Assembly (NCBI GenBank): GCA_013239625.1
Contig: MU054187.1
Span: forward strand, 2,551,757 to 2,615,756
Direction: 5' to 3'
DNA length: 64,000 nt
From: Lama guanicoe
Taxonomy: Eukaryota
Of this stretch, positions 1 through 12,835 are shown piece after piece (the stretch's first letter is position 1; the number at the start of each line of letters is the position of its first letter). The position numbers were made by a program, and so were the translations under genes. The notes under the pieces were generated by a model. That model was not told the DNA's origin, ran no database searches, and saw nothing but the letters and a program-made list of their open reading frames with translations.

Positions 1-959
1 ACTGTGTAAAGCTGTTATACACACAGAAAACGGACTTAGAGAGAAATCAATCCGTGTATGTGTATGCTGTGCTAAGCATTTGAAATAAATCAGGGCGGTC
101 TCAAAAAATATAAGACAAACCAACTTAGTCGGACTTAGAATCCTCAGAGCAACAGATGAACACTGTAAACACAGCATGCTTTACTTATAAAACTCTTGGC
201 TTCTCTAATTGTCTTATTTATCCAAGAAATGTTTCCTGAGCACCAATCATATGAAAGACAGTGTGACAACGCCCCAGAGAAAAATCGAGCACTATCCTTT
301 CCGCTAGAGCCTTCCCATCTAAATGAGATATTTGCCAAGGTCATTAAATCCAGGTCACAAATTCTGAGCTGTGACGTTAAGTGAAGTAGAATTTAGTGGC
401 AGAAATAACTGTTAACTGAGCTGGTGGGTAAGAATGTGGGAGCAATGTGAGCCACCTGGTTAGAAAGATTCTGGCCTTTCTCCTTCTGATCCTGGTGGCT
501 GGCTTGTCCCCCACCTCAGGCTGTGTGCTTCCTCCAGGTCACCTATAGCCTCCCCAGCCCTCCAGTCTCCCACTCCAGGCACTTACCTTGGCTGCTCCTT
601 TTCTAGCCCTTTCATTCTGTGGGGAACACTGGATGCTACCAATCTAGCCTTCAAGTCTCAACTGCCATGCCAGCTCCTCTGACCACCTGTGACTTGGTGA
701 GGGACATTTTCCCTCTTCATGTAATAACTGAGCATATGCCAGCCACACAAAGCATTTTCATCTTTATTTAACTCACTTAAAACAGAGCTGCATGGTAAAT
801 TCTATACAACATTCACTATACACACACACTTTCAGGCCAAGAGAGGTAATTCTGGATACGCTGATGACTCAGCCCTCGGGCCATGAATGATGCCGGGGAT
901 GCCCAGCACAGACTCCTGCATGGAAGGGGAGTATTTCCACCCCTGCTCGCCCCCTGCCT

Positions 960-1800
960 TAGCGCGCTGCATCGCGATCAGCCAAACCTCTCACCTGGAC
1001 CGCGGCTCCTTGGGGCCGGGCTCGTAGGCAGGTGGACAGCTGTGCCCCAGGGCCTCGTACCTGGCGCGGATGCGAGCTGCGGGCGCGCGGGGCAGGAGGA
1101 GCGCCGAGCCACTGGGCGCGTGCGCGTGTGTGCATACGGGTGTACGTGTCCGTGCGTGTGTGCACCTGCGTATGCGCGTGTGCGCATGTATACGCATGCG
1201 CACCTGGCATGTGCGTGCGTGTGTGCGTGTGCGCACGTGCAGGTGCGCGTGTGCGGTGGGACGGGGCGAGTTCAGCTTTGTGCCCTGGGAGTGCGCGACA
1301 CAGCCGGCAGGGTCGCCGTGGCGGCCGTGGAAGGTGCGCCGGGACAGCGGTCCTCAAGCGAAGGCGACCACCCGGGCTGTAAAGGGCCTCGGGCCTCCGT
1401 CCTGCGGGGCAGAGCGCGGGCCGGCATCGCCGCGCGGCGGGCACAGCCCGGCTCCCCCCACAGCCGCGCCGGGGCCGCGCCGCAGGGGGCTGCGCGCACC
1501 TTCCCGCGGGGGACCCGCGGCCTCCCCGATTCCACTGGCTCTGCGTTCCGTCCGTCGCTCCCGACGTCACCCCTCCCCGCGCTGTCACAGGTTGACTTTT
1601 TCATAGCCTCTTGCAAACTGTTGAAAAAGGGACCAGGCTGAAAACAAGAAAATAATTTCCGTGCAGAGAGCGGGGACCGTTCGCGACCGCACTGTGTTCC
1701 TGCGAAGGACGGCGCCGTGTGACCGCAGCGGGCCAAGCACGCCTTCGCGACGGGGACGTGGGTGGCGTGGCGTCGTGCTACAGGTACTTCCCGGCCTCCA
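960..1800. promoter_or_regulatory. CpG island, candidate promoter
   Basis: Very GC- and CpG-dense; GC boxes; CRE-like GACGTCA near 1563; NRF1-like CGCATGCGCA at 1193-1202; possible + strand donor CAG|GTACTT at 1783. Confidence 0.7.
1117..1255. repeat. Alternating purine-pyrimidine (GT/GC/AC) low-complexity tract
   Basis: gcgtgcgcgtgtgtgcatac...gtgcgtgcgtgtgtgcgtgtgcgcacgtgc with few interruptions. Confidence 0.85.
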
Positions 1801-2914
1801 GGATGTTTTGCATTAGCCTCAGTTCATGCCAGAATCTTTCCTCATGAGGATGAAACGGCGTTTATTTAATGAACATTAATTTCTTTTCTTTAACATACTT
1901 TTCATTTCAGAATCTTTTTAGATTTACAGAAATGTTGGCAAAGTAGTGCACGGAGTCCCTGTGTACCCCCGACCGTTTCCCCATGTTAATATCTTACCCT
2001 TAGTGTAATTTGTCACGACATTGTGACGTGAATGACCCAAGAGTGACACGTTGTCATGAACTGAGGTCTCTACTCACATTCCCGAGTTTTTATCTGATGT
2101 CCTTATTCTGTTCCAGGGTCCCATCCGGGACCCAACGTTACATTTAGTTGTCACCTCTCTGGAGTCTCTCTTGGCTGTGATGGTTCCTGATTCTTTCCTT
2201 ATTTGGGGCACGTACTAATTTTAAGAATTCTTTAATTTGTGGAATGCTCCTTATTTCTCTAGGAGAGCAGAGTCCTACTCAGTGAGTTCATATGACACCT
2301 TGAACCCATTTTGAGAAAATAAATGCCAGGTTGTGAGCTCCTGGGGGATGGGAATGGCTTCTGGATATCGACCCACCGCTCCAGAGTCTAGCAATGTTCC
2401 TGGTACAACCTGGTGCCCAGGACATGTAGCCAGTGTCTTGATTTACTTTTAACCATGTCACTACAGTTATAATGACCGATGGGCTAAGGTCCCTTCTCTT
2501 AAGGATATAAAGATAGAGGTAGAGACAGCGAAGTAGAAAAAAAAGTATTTTTTTATTTGGGAATCTTGCTGGACCCCACGTACAGAGTTCCGTGAGGGAG
2601 ACAGCGATCATTTTTGTTGAGGCCCTTGGGGGTTGAACTGAGTCAGGAAAGCCTTTTGGGGGAGGGCTGAATCTTGAAAGATGACTTGGTGTTCAGCCAG
2701 CAGAAATGGGCAGAGAAGTCTTGTCTTAGTTTATTATGGTTTAGATTTTCTGCCGTTTGAAACAATCTGGTAACCTCTAGCTTTTTGAAAACTCATTTAC
2801 TTTATGCCGAAATGTAACTTCCTGATTAAAAGAGGAAGGAAAAATAGAAAGGTGCCTTTGGAGTGGTGCTGTTTGAAAAGAACTTTTCATCGCTTTTCTA
2901 GTGATGATGGCTAT

Positions 2915-3099
2915 CTGTGCTGTGTAATATGGTAGCCACTAACTTCCTGTTAACAGAAGGAAAAATAAAAAGTTGCCTTCTACTGGGCACTTTTAATGCA
3001 GCCAGCATGACTGAGGAACACAATTTTAAATCTTACTAAATTTTAGTTAACTTAAATTTCAATAGTTATATGTAGCTAGTATTGTATTGGACAGTGCAG
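2915..3099. mobile_element. MER3-like hAT-Charlie MITE
   Basis: Termini ctgtgctgtgtaatatggtagccact ... tagtattgtattggacagtgcag with AT-rich core. Confidence 0.8.
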
Positions 3100-3366
3100 G
3101 CTTAGGACAGTAACAAAGATCTCCTGGGCAGGACAGGACAGCTGATTTCAGGGAGAAAAGTGGTTTAAGAAGAATGAGATACAATTTCTCTGAAATGATG
3201 AAGGTTTTTAATATCAAGGGGAATAGGACTTTGGAAAAATACTATTTTCTGTGCTCCCCAAGGCATCTGCCTAAGTGCTTGGAATGCTGCCAATGGGTGT
3301 GTGAAAGATTGTTCTGTGAACAGCCTGGTGATCAACTGGGAGGTGCCGTTTACACTAGACAAGTTT

Positions 3367-3808
3367 GTTTGTTTTCCATTGAGGCATTTTATTTACACAT
3401 ACGTATTATATCCCTAGCCAGAGGGTCCCAGGATTTTTCCTCCTGTGTATTTTCATCTTGCTTCCACGTGGTCCGTGATGCCCGCTGGGGTTGGTAGCAG
3501 AGTGGAAACCACACTGAAGAGATGGGAGCAGGTTATTCTGCCATTTTCTTGAGAGCTTTGAGCTGCACGTCAGATCTGGGCCCATCGGGTTTGGAACAAT
3601 TTATCCAGCTCCGTGGTCATTGATGGTTTCAAATGCGCCAGTGTAACCACCCTTCCCCATCACAGCGGGGGCCTGACCACGGCTTTTGAGCACTGCCTGA
3701 TAGCATCCTGGGGATTGCCTCTCTTTAAGGAGCGGTTGATGTGCGTGAGAGCGTCAGCCAGGACGTTCACACCCAGCATCGTGGGGCCTGGGAAGGTGGC
3801 GGAGAGAG
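3367..3808 (-). pseudogene. RPS15A: Processed pseudogene of 40S ribosomal protein S15a
   Basis: ATG at 3779: MLGVNVLADALTHIN...KRG..Q..IRQCSKAVVR ~ [36 protein letters not shown]. Later DVQLK, WQNNLLPS and TGGKILG; stop at 3414-3416. Intronless, with frameshifts, a 5'TOP-like start at 3808, AATAAA at 3388-3393, an A-rich tail and degenerate TSDs. Confidence 0.95.
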
Positions 3809-4943
3809 CTGGACAGTTTTGAAGGCCCATCAGAGGCTTTCCAGTACCAAGGGGTTTGCAACTTGTAAATACTTTGCAGTTTTTAGACATAGGTATGGAT
3901 TAACACTGTCTAGCAGACACTGTGAATGGCAGTAGAAAATGCACATCTAGCAGGGAATAAGGAGAATGCCAGGCGTGCCCACTTTTTGAGGGTGTAAGGG
4001 GTTCAGAGTCTCTTCACAGGAGAGTAACTGTTCTCCAGTCCTCCAGGCCTTTCATGGGGGTTGCAGTTTTAGTTTTAGTTTTTCTTCCACGAGCAATCTG
4101 ATTTTGGCCTAAATCTTAGCCCCCGGGGAGAAATTAGTGATTGTATGTTATCACGTGCTGTGTTCTTTATCCGTACGCCTTTCTCGCTTCAACAGACAAA
4201 GGCACCTTGGTTAATTGAACTCAGTGGCCTCCACATCGTTATCAACTCTCTGCCTTGGAGAGGGGTCGGAAGTCTCCTGGGGAAGGACACGCTCCCTAGG
4301 GCAGGTGTGGCGGGGGGAGGGACCTTCAGGAGGGATCCTAGGGAGAGGGGGAGCGTTCTCTTGAAAGGCAGAGGGACAGAGCTTACATGGGCAGTTCCCT
4401 CAGTTTTAAAAAGGCCGCACAAAACGTGGACACACTTTTCCCTTATAGCCACGTAGGTGCAGGCGGAGGAGGTCGCTTTGGGAAGAACCGTGTGGTTGGG
4501 CAGGTGCAGAGGAAAAGAGAGGGCTTTGCAGTGTATCTTGCCCTTTGGCTTTAGTTCTGTGTGCAGGTAGTATCTTTGACAAGGTAATTACATTTGAAAT
4601 AATGAATTTAAAACAGGTAAAACATGATGCCCCTCCTCTAATTGTTAAAACAACTGCCGAGAGTAGGTCTTCGTTTTGGTGTTGACAGTACGATGTATGC
4701 AGATTAAAGACACCCTAAGTACTGCTCCGTGTTGTTTGTGGATAGAGACGTGATTAAAGTGTAAGAACAGGGATGGGGAAGACACGTAATCCCCAAATTC
4801 AGGCTAGTAGCTACCACCGGGGAGGGATGGAAGGGCGGGGAATGGGGACTTTTCAAGTGGATCTGTAACGTTCTGTTTCTTCTTATGAAGCTTACGACAT
4901 GTCAATGTTATTGACTGTCCGATTTTTGTCCGGGGGTTGGGTA

Positions 4944-5041
4944 TATTTATTTATTTATTTTTAATGGAGAGACTGGGGATTGAACCCAGGACCTCGTGCA
5001 TGCTAGGCACATGCTCCACCACTGAGCTATGCCCTCCCCCC
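4944..5041 (-). mobile_element. tRNA-derived SINE (camelid Vic-1-like)
   Basis: Reverse complement of GGGGAGGGYATAGCTCAGTGG...GGTCCTGGGTTCAATCCCCAG with (TAAA)n tail. Confidence 0.9.
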
Positions 5042-6479
5042 TTTGACTATTCGATTTTTGCTGTGACTTCAGTGTGTTACACGTATGTATGTGTTTATCA
5101 CAGGTTCAGACTCAGGTATAATTCCGTCTGACTTCAAGCCAGCGCCCGTTTTGGGCGTCTCCCTCGAAGAGAATAGTCCCAGCAAAGGAAAAGCTCCTCC
5201 CAGTAGGAACGACCACCAGCAGCCCGCGTTCCCGGCTCTCAGCGACCTGTCAGTGGGGGCGGTCTCCCAGATGCCGTCTGCCTGTGACCCGGCCTGCCGT
5301 CCAGGAACCCCACAGGACGGGGCTGCAGCATCGCAGGGAGTGGTGGCTGGTGGTGTTGCGCGCGGGCTCGCGGGCTGGGGAGGGACTGAGCTCCTGGCAG
5401 GGACAGCACTGTCATGTTATTATTCGTTGGGGGTGAGCCTGCAATGTGCCACTGAGGCCACCGGGACAGCATGCCCTCAACGAGACGGCTCTTTCCTTTA
5501 AGCCACTGCCTGGTGTCTGGCTAGAAGGCAAAGCTCCAGGGTTTACAGATTTTCCATGAATTCTGGGTGATTCTCTTACTGTCGTCTTCAAGTCCTTCTT
5601 TGGCTTCAGCACTTGGGGAATGTCATCTATGTTTGAGGGAGCAGGTCTCCAGGCTGCAGCAGTGACCTGCACGTCTGAACACTCCGGATCTAAGCAGTGC
5701 CTGTTCTTCTAGTAATCGGGGGACTTTTAGCTCCTTGTTTAGTCTCATTCACTCAGAAACCAAACTTGAAATGTACTAAGTTGATAAAGTGCGAGGTGAA
5801 GAGGGTTTGGGGGGGTCTCAGAAGTCAGCCTGAGGGTCCCCAGAGAAGTGTAAGCTCGGAGCTTCCCTTCCACATGCCCCCCTCCAGCCCCCATTAGGAA
5901 GGCAGGTGCTGACAGCAGGGGAGAGGGGGCAATCATATGCAAATTTCTGGTTCCAAGTTAAGATGTTTTCTTTTGCATATTATCAGTCACCCAGCCTGGA
6001 GCTATCCGGAGGGATTTTCGCATCCACTGGCTAGTGATGAAGGCAGGATAAGAGGCCCTGCAAGGGTCAGGTAATATGTGACAGACCTTCAGAACAAACA
6101 TGTATGGAGGACTTACTTTGTATAAGGCAATTGCAAAGAGCACCTCCTCCCAAGAAAGGGTGGTAGACTCCCTAAGTCCTGCTAATGGAGTTTAACAACC
6201 AGGAGGATTCGGAGGAGACTGGGGGGGCGGGGGGTGGATGGCCGAGGCTGGTTAGGGAACATAGTTTGCCTTGATCCCAAACGGGTTTAGAAGACCTGAG
6301 AAGGAAACACCTTTGCCTTCCTGGGCCCGGATTGTCTGTGACCTGGCTCATGATATCCGGGTTATCCAGACTAACATTCATAGTTTAAGACTTCTGTTCA
6401 AAGCCCGCAAGTCACTGTGCTCCGTTGCTATGTATATATGTGTGCATGTAGTGTTGTATAAACTGTTATGTAAGCATGT

Positions 6480-7100
6480 ATGATTTGGTAAGTCACAATT
6501 ATGGCATAATAGAGAATAGTTTAACCTCCCTAAAAAAAAAAACTCCTGTGCTTTGCCTATTCAGAGCCTCCCCAAACCCTTGTCAGCACTCATCTTTACC
6601 TTTGTTACAGTTTTGCCTTTTCCAAAATGTCCTACGACTGGAAGCGGACAGTGTGTAGCATCTTCTGTCTGGATGCTTTCCCTTAGTTATAGGGACTAAG
6701 ACTCAACCGTGTCTTTTGGTGGCTTGATAGCCCATTTCTTTTCATCCCTGAGTAATATTCCAGTGCTCAGATGTACTGCAGTTTGTTTATCCATTCACCT
6801 ATTGAATCATATTTTTTGGGTGCTCCTTGTGTTTGACAGTGATGACTAAAGGCGCTGTACACGTTCACATAAAGGTGGTTGTTGTGGACGTAAGTTGGAT
6901 GAATACCTAGAAACATGATGGCAGAGTCACAAGACTGTGTTCAGCTCTGTGAGAAACTGCCCGGCCATCTTCCAAACTGCGGTCCTGTTTTGCATTCCCA
7001 CCAGCAACGAATGAGAGGTCCCGCTGCTTCCGCCCTGGCCAGCAGTGGATGTTGTCAGTTCGGGGGACTTCAGTTGTTCTCAGACGTATGCTGTGGTGTC
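6480..7100 (-). mobile_element. Old L1M fragment
   Basis: gtttgtttatccattcacc and ttgcattcccaccagcaacgaatgagag are typical antisense L1 ORF2-end/3'UTR blocks. Confidence 0.7.
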
Positions 7101-7659
7101 TCACGGTTGTGGCTCTTCTACTTAAAACTTTCCCCTGAATAAGCAGCTAGATGACTTCACTCCGTGCGTTGAAACCTGATCTAGGCCTCTTTTTGTTAGA
7201 CTTTTCCGGGAGTTATATTGAGAGTGTCCTAAAATAAAAACTTAACTGTCATGTTACGTAAGCACATACGCTTTGGTAAGTCACAGCTCTGTTTAGTTGG
7301 GGCATAGCCTCTGTATGATCTGAAAATTCTGAAGAATAAATTACTAGAGAAGCAAACAAAAATGATGACTTTAGCATTTATTGGACCCTTACTATAGACT
7401 TGGATAGAAAAAAACTAATATACAAGTTTCCATCATCCAAGCTCATAATCTAACGAGTGTACGTGTTACCTGTACCGTGACTTGAAAGAAGCTTGAAATA
7501 ATGACCCTGGACAAAGTCCGTGGAGAAGATAGATACATTTTTGTTATAAATTTGGGAGGGAACCTTTTTATTTAACCATGTGTTATTACCTTTAAAAAAA
7601 AACACAATTGGCATAAAGGATGTCACTTTTTATATTCCACTTTATATTCTTCTTCTTAA

Positions 7660-7885
7660 TTTTATTTTGTGTTGAAGTGTAGTTGATTTGCAATGTTACT
7701 TCCAGGTGTACGGCAGAGCGATTTGGTTGTACATATGCATGTATATTTTTTTCAGATTCTTTTCCATTATAGGTTATTATAAGAAACTGAATAGAGTTCC
7801 CTGTGCTGTACAGTAGGGCCTTGTTTATCTATTTCATATGTAGTAGTGTGTGTCTGTTAATCCCAAACTCCTAATTTACCCCTTT
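7660..7885 (-). mobile_element. L1 3' end (artiodactyl type)
   Basis: gaatagagttccctgtgctgtacagtagg block. Confidence 0.8.
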
Positions 7886-9009
7886 CATGGCCATTTTGTA
7901 GTCTTAAAATGACATAATATTAAATTCAACAGGAGCTTTCTCTCTGTGGGATGTTCCAGAGGGTCCTTTCTCGTTGCCTGCGTCTCTGCGGGGAGGCCAG
8001 GCTGATCTTTGCTGCTCCTGCTGGAAGCCCGGGGAACTCATCCATCTCAGATTGTACAAGTCGGCAGTTCCCTAGTCCTCCCTGGGATTTGGGTTGGGTA
8101 AGAATGATTTATGCTAGGAGGTAATTTTATTCACATTTCTCCATTGTTTCAGAAGGCTGAAGTTGAGTAATGATGTAACCTCTTCACATCAGCGGGCCTA
8201 TTTAACCCTACTTTTGGTTTATTTAAGTTAATACTATCCGGTACTTGCCTATTTTGATTTTCCCGTATCTTTGAACTTTGCCCCCTCCTTATTCTTGATA
8301 AACCAGGGGTCTGCCCTTACCATCCTGCTTGGTCTCTTAGGATTTGCAAATTACGGCTCTGATTTGGTTTAGAAAAGACATTCCTGTGCATTTTTAAAAA
8401 CTCTCCACCCAGCAATTACAGATAGAGTCACGAAATAGACTTGAAATCCCCGGTTACAGGATAAAGGAAAGATAAATCAGTGGGAGTTTTGTCTCCCTGT
8501 CATGAAACCTAGTTTTTGACCCTGAGAGTTAGGAAGCCTGACAGTCACCCGCTGCTTTGTTCTTGGTCTCTGATTCCTCGTGCTGGTGTCAGCGCCCGCG
8601 CGGTCCGTGTGACTGGCTGGCTCGCTGCGGCCCGAGGATGCCCAGGGTAGCGCCGACCTTCCAGGCATTCATGTGGGTGGTAAGAAGAACTGGGCATGTT
8701 CCCAGCATTTTCTTAGTGTTCTGTAATCACCTTCAGATCTGACTCATTGGGGGCTGTCATGTGGTGAGGCCAGAGCTGTAGATTTGAGGCAAAAACCCCT
8801 CAGGTATCGGGAGTCAAGCTGTCATTTCTGTCTGTCCGGAGGCCAACATGATCTCAGAGCACCTTTCTGCTGTAGATCCTCAGGGTAAATAAAAGCGAGC
8901 TTGTTCACACTGCAACAGTCCATAGTAATGTTTTTACTATAATAGGAATGGCAGGTGGTCGTTGTAGAAAATCAGAAAGTAGAGCAAAAATAAAAATTAA
9001 AACCTATCC

Positions 9010-9706
9010 CCAAATATGGAGGTGCCTTAAAAAACTAAAAATAGAGTTACCGTATGATCCAGTAATCCCACTCTTGGGCATGTATCTGGAAAAGAGGAAA
9101 ACTCTAATTCAAAAAAATAATAATGCATCCCAGTGTTCACAGCAGCACCATATATAATAGCAAACACATGGAAACAACATGAATGTCCGTCAGCAGATGA
9201 CTGGATAAAGAAGATGTGAATATGTATATATATAATGGAATACTACTCAGCCATAAAAAAGAATGAAATTTTGCTATTTGCAGCAACATGGATGAACCCA
9301 GAGATTATCATACTGGGTGAAGTAAATCAGACAGAGAAAGACACAAATATCATATGGTATCACTTATATGTGGAATCTAAAAAATGTAAATCAACTTATT
9401 TACAAACCAGAAACAGACTCACAGACATAGAACACAAACTTATGGTTACCAAAGGGGAAGGGGGTGGGGAGGGATAAATTGGGAGTTTGTGATTTACAGA
9501 TACTAACTACTATACATAAAATAGATAAACAACAAGGTCCTACTGTTTAGCACAGGAAACTGTATGCAGTATCTTGTAATAAACTATAATAGAAAAAAAT
9601 GAGAAAAGAATGTATATACATATATATGTATAACCGAATCACTTTGCTGTACACCTAAAACTAACACAGTATTATAAAGCAATTTAAAAAAAAGAAAGAA
9701 AAAAAA
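9010..9706 (+). mobile_element. 5'-truncated L1 (ORF2 C-terminus, 3'UTR, polyA)
   Basis: IELPYDPVIPLLG and MEYYSAIKKNE..FAATWM motifs; A-rich tail. Confidence 0.92.
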
Positions 9707-11699
9707 GCCTAGCTTACCTTCTTTACCCCAACTCGCTACTAACACCGTGCACATCCGCTGGGTCTTCTACGTGCACCCGTAAGTCCATTATCATTATTAT
9801 TATCAAAATGTATCACACGGTACATGCTGTTTGGGGACCTATATTGTCAGCCAGCCATTCCCATTTCAATAGGTTTTCTTCTCGTGGACAACCCCACCCA
9901 TATTTAGACTTTCCACAAATGTCCTCACTGCTGGTTCTGCAAATGAGCGTCCACTCCGATGTCCTGCATTGCGTGTGGTTGTTACAACCTACGTGTGAGG
10001 AACATTTTCCATTTCTGTCAGAATTTGCCAAAGCTAAATACTGTGTTTCGTCAGAACTGGTTCTAACCAACTGACTTGGTTAAAGCACCATGAACTTCGA
10101 GGCGTCCTTGTACCACAGACCTTAACTGGGCGTCACCGAAGACGGTTTCTTGACCAGTGGACAGTGGGGCTTGTTTTGACCAGCCTTGTACCATGGACTC
10201 CCTCTGCAGGGTGCTAGCTCTCATGCCCGAGTTAACGTAGCTGGCACACCTGACCCCGCCACTGTCGACCCCTGACTTGCCCCTGGAGACGACTCCTCAG
10301 TGGGTTTCTTTACTGACGTGTGTCTCCTTGCCTGGCCAGGAGGTAATAACTTGACTGTGTTTTCTTTTTCTTTGGTCTCTGGTGGCCTTTACTTTATTCT
10401 TTGAAACTACAGTGTTAAAGAGATTAATTAGGAAGCTTTTGATGCCAGTATCAGAATTACTCCACATGACGACTTGATCTCTGCAAAGGTACATTATGTT
10501 GGGCTGTTCGGAGACCCGACCTGGAGATGGTAGCTCAGCCCAGGTGCCTGGCGTCCCCATTTGAGAACCCACCTGGCCCTGGCTTACCCGTTGGCTCCTC
10601 CTCCAGGGCTGTGTGTCCCCCTGGTCCATTTTATGTTTTTGATACAGGGATTTTTAGATCTGTTTCTTTCTGTGTTTCTTTGAGGTTGGACAGAGTTGTC
10701 TTAAAAACAGTTCTTCTGAAGTTTGCTTGTTTCCGCTGTCTGCAGGTTTGCCTGGATCTCTTAAACAAATAGCTGTATTTTGGGGCCGTCCGCAGTGATG
10801 AGTAGAATTCATGAGGCTTTGGCCGGGCCTCACGCAGTGTGTAATTTCCTGAACGTATCAAAGTTCAGGGTGTCAAATTTTGTGTTATAAGCACTTCTTC
10901 TCAGAGTTTGACAAATCAGTGTCTCTATTCTCTATTTCCTTTTGCCTTCGATGTAAAAAAAATAGATTTATTTCTGATTTTTGAAGTATATATTGCAAAT
11001 TGCAGAGCCCCGAGTCAGGGGCTTGGGAGTTCTCTGTTTCCTCGAGGACACGCTGTCTCCCGCCGGTCGAGGCGCTTGCCTGCTGCCTGGTTGAGTTTCC
11101 TCGCTATGAACGGAGGCAGCGCGCCTGCGCCAGAGTCAGTCCTCGGACTGAAAAACAGAACTGCTTGAAAGCATTGATCTGTGGGGACTTGAGTGTTTTA
11201 TGGACTGAAAATCATTTATTATTTTAACCTGCATTTTCTGTTCTCTTTCAGAGCGAGTTACTGTGAACGATCCAAGACAGCGCTGGCGGGGCTCCGTGGA
11301 GGAGCAGTGGAGGTAGGACTTGCCTGGTTCCGGGTCCTGTGGTTTGGGCTCCGCGGGACCTTGACAGTCCTGGAGTCTGCTCTCCAGCAGGGCCGGCATG
11401 GTTCCCTTGAGGAAGGTACAAGTGCCAGAGAGCCATCTATTGAGATGACTTCACATGACACCTGGAACATTTCGCCTTTAAAATAGTGGCGCGATGGAGT
11501 AAAACGTGCCTGCAGGGAAATTCGTGGCCATGGTGATTGTGCTGGGAATGGTGGTTTTGTGTGTGTGCTGACGACAGTATTGGGCACTGTTCAAGGGCTG
11601 TTCATGTGTCCCCTCTTAATTCTGACACCAGCCTCACTAGGGCAACATTGTTATAATCATCTAAGTTGGTCCTTCTTTTTTGTATTTTTGCTTTACCTT

Positions 11700-12835
11700 T
11701 TTCGTTGTGGTTAAGATACACACGACATAAAATTTACCATTTTAACCAGTTGAAAGTGTACAGTTCAGTGACACCAAGGACATCCACACTGTTGTGCAGC
11801 CATCACCCCCACCGTCATCTCCTAAACCAGATCACCTCCCCAGACTGAAACTCTGTCCCTGTTAAACACTAACTCCCCCCACCCCCCAGTTCTACTGTCT
11901 CTGTGAATCTCACCCCGCTGGGTGCCTCCTGTAAGTGGAATCATACGACGTTTGTCCTTTTGAGTCTGGCTTACTTCACTCAGCATCATGTCCTCAGGGT
12001 TCATCCATGTTGCAGCGTGGGTCAGAATTTCCTTCCTCTCTAGGCTGCACAATATTCCATTGTATGTATAGACCACATTTTGTTTATCCATTCATTCGTC
12101 AGTGGGCATTTTGGGTTGTGTCCACTTTTTGGCTGTTGTGAATAATGCTGCTGTGAACGTGGATATCCATAGACCTCTTCAAGTCTCTGCTTTCAGTTCT
12201 CTGGGGTCTGGACCCAGGAGTGGAATTTCTGGATTACATGGCAGTTCTCTGTTTAATTTTTTGAGGAGTCACCATTCTGCTTACCGAGCAGCTGCACCAT
12301 TTTACATGTCCATATGCAGTGCACAAGGGTTCTGATTTCTCCACATACGTGTCAACAAATATTATTATTTTTTTCACATTAAAAATTTTATTCTTCTACT
12401 GAAGTTTAATTGATTTACAGTGTGTGTTAGTTTCTGGTATACAGCATGGTGATCCAGTTATACATATGTATATTCTTTTTCATATTCTTTTCATTATAAG
12501 TTATTGCAGGTTATTGAATGTAGTTCCCTGGGCCATACAGTAGGACCTTCTTTACCTATTCCATATGTAGTAGTTTGTATCTGCTAATCCCAAACTCCCG
12601 ATATATCCTTCTCCCCTCTTTCCCTTTGGTAACCGTAGGTTTGTTTTCTATGTCTTCCATCATAGTTTATTATAAGATACTGAATATAATTCCCTGTGCT
12701 ATACAGTAGGTCCTTGTTGTTTGTTTATTTTATATATAGTGATGTGTATCCATTAATCCCAAACTCCTAATTTGTCCCTCCCCCTCTTTCCCCTTTGGTA
12801 ACCATAAGTTCGTTTTCTTTGTCTGTGGACTCTGT
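11700..12835 (-). mobile_element. L1MB-type 3' end followed by a younger L1 3' end with a repeated segment
   Basis: HAATWMNPEDMMLSEVSQ motif; the ttccctgtgctatacagtagg...ttccctttggtaacc block occurs twice (12490-12655 and 12660-12835). Confidence 0.85.

Noticed and set aside
883..1736. Long overlapping ORFs (up to 252 aa) on both strands
   Set aside because: Produced by stop-poor CpG-island and dinucleotide-repeat sequence; peptides are low-complexity with no recognisable domain.
9235..9477. ORFs containing MEYYSAIKKN..FAATWM
   Set aside because: C-terminus of L1 ORF2 in 5'-truncated copies; not host genes.
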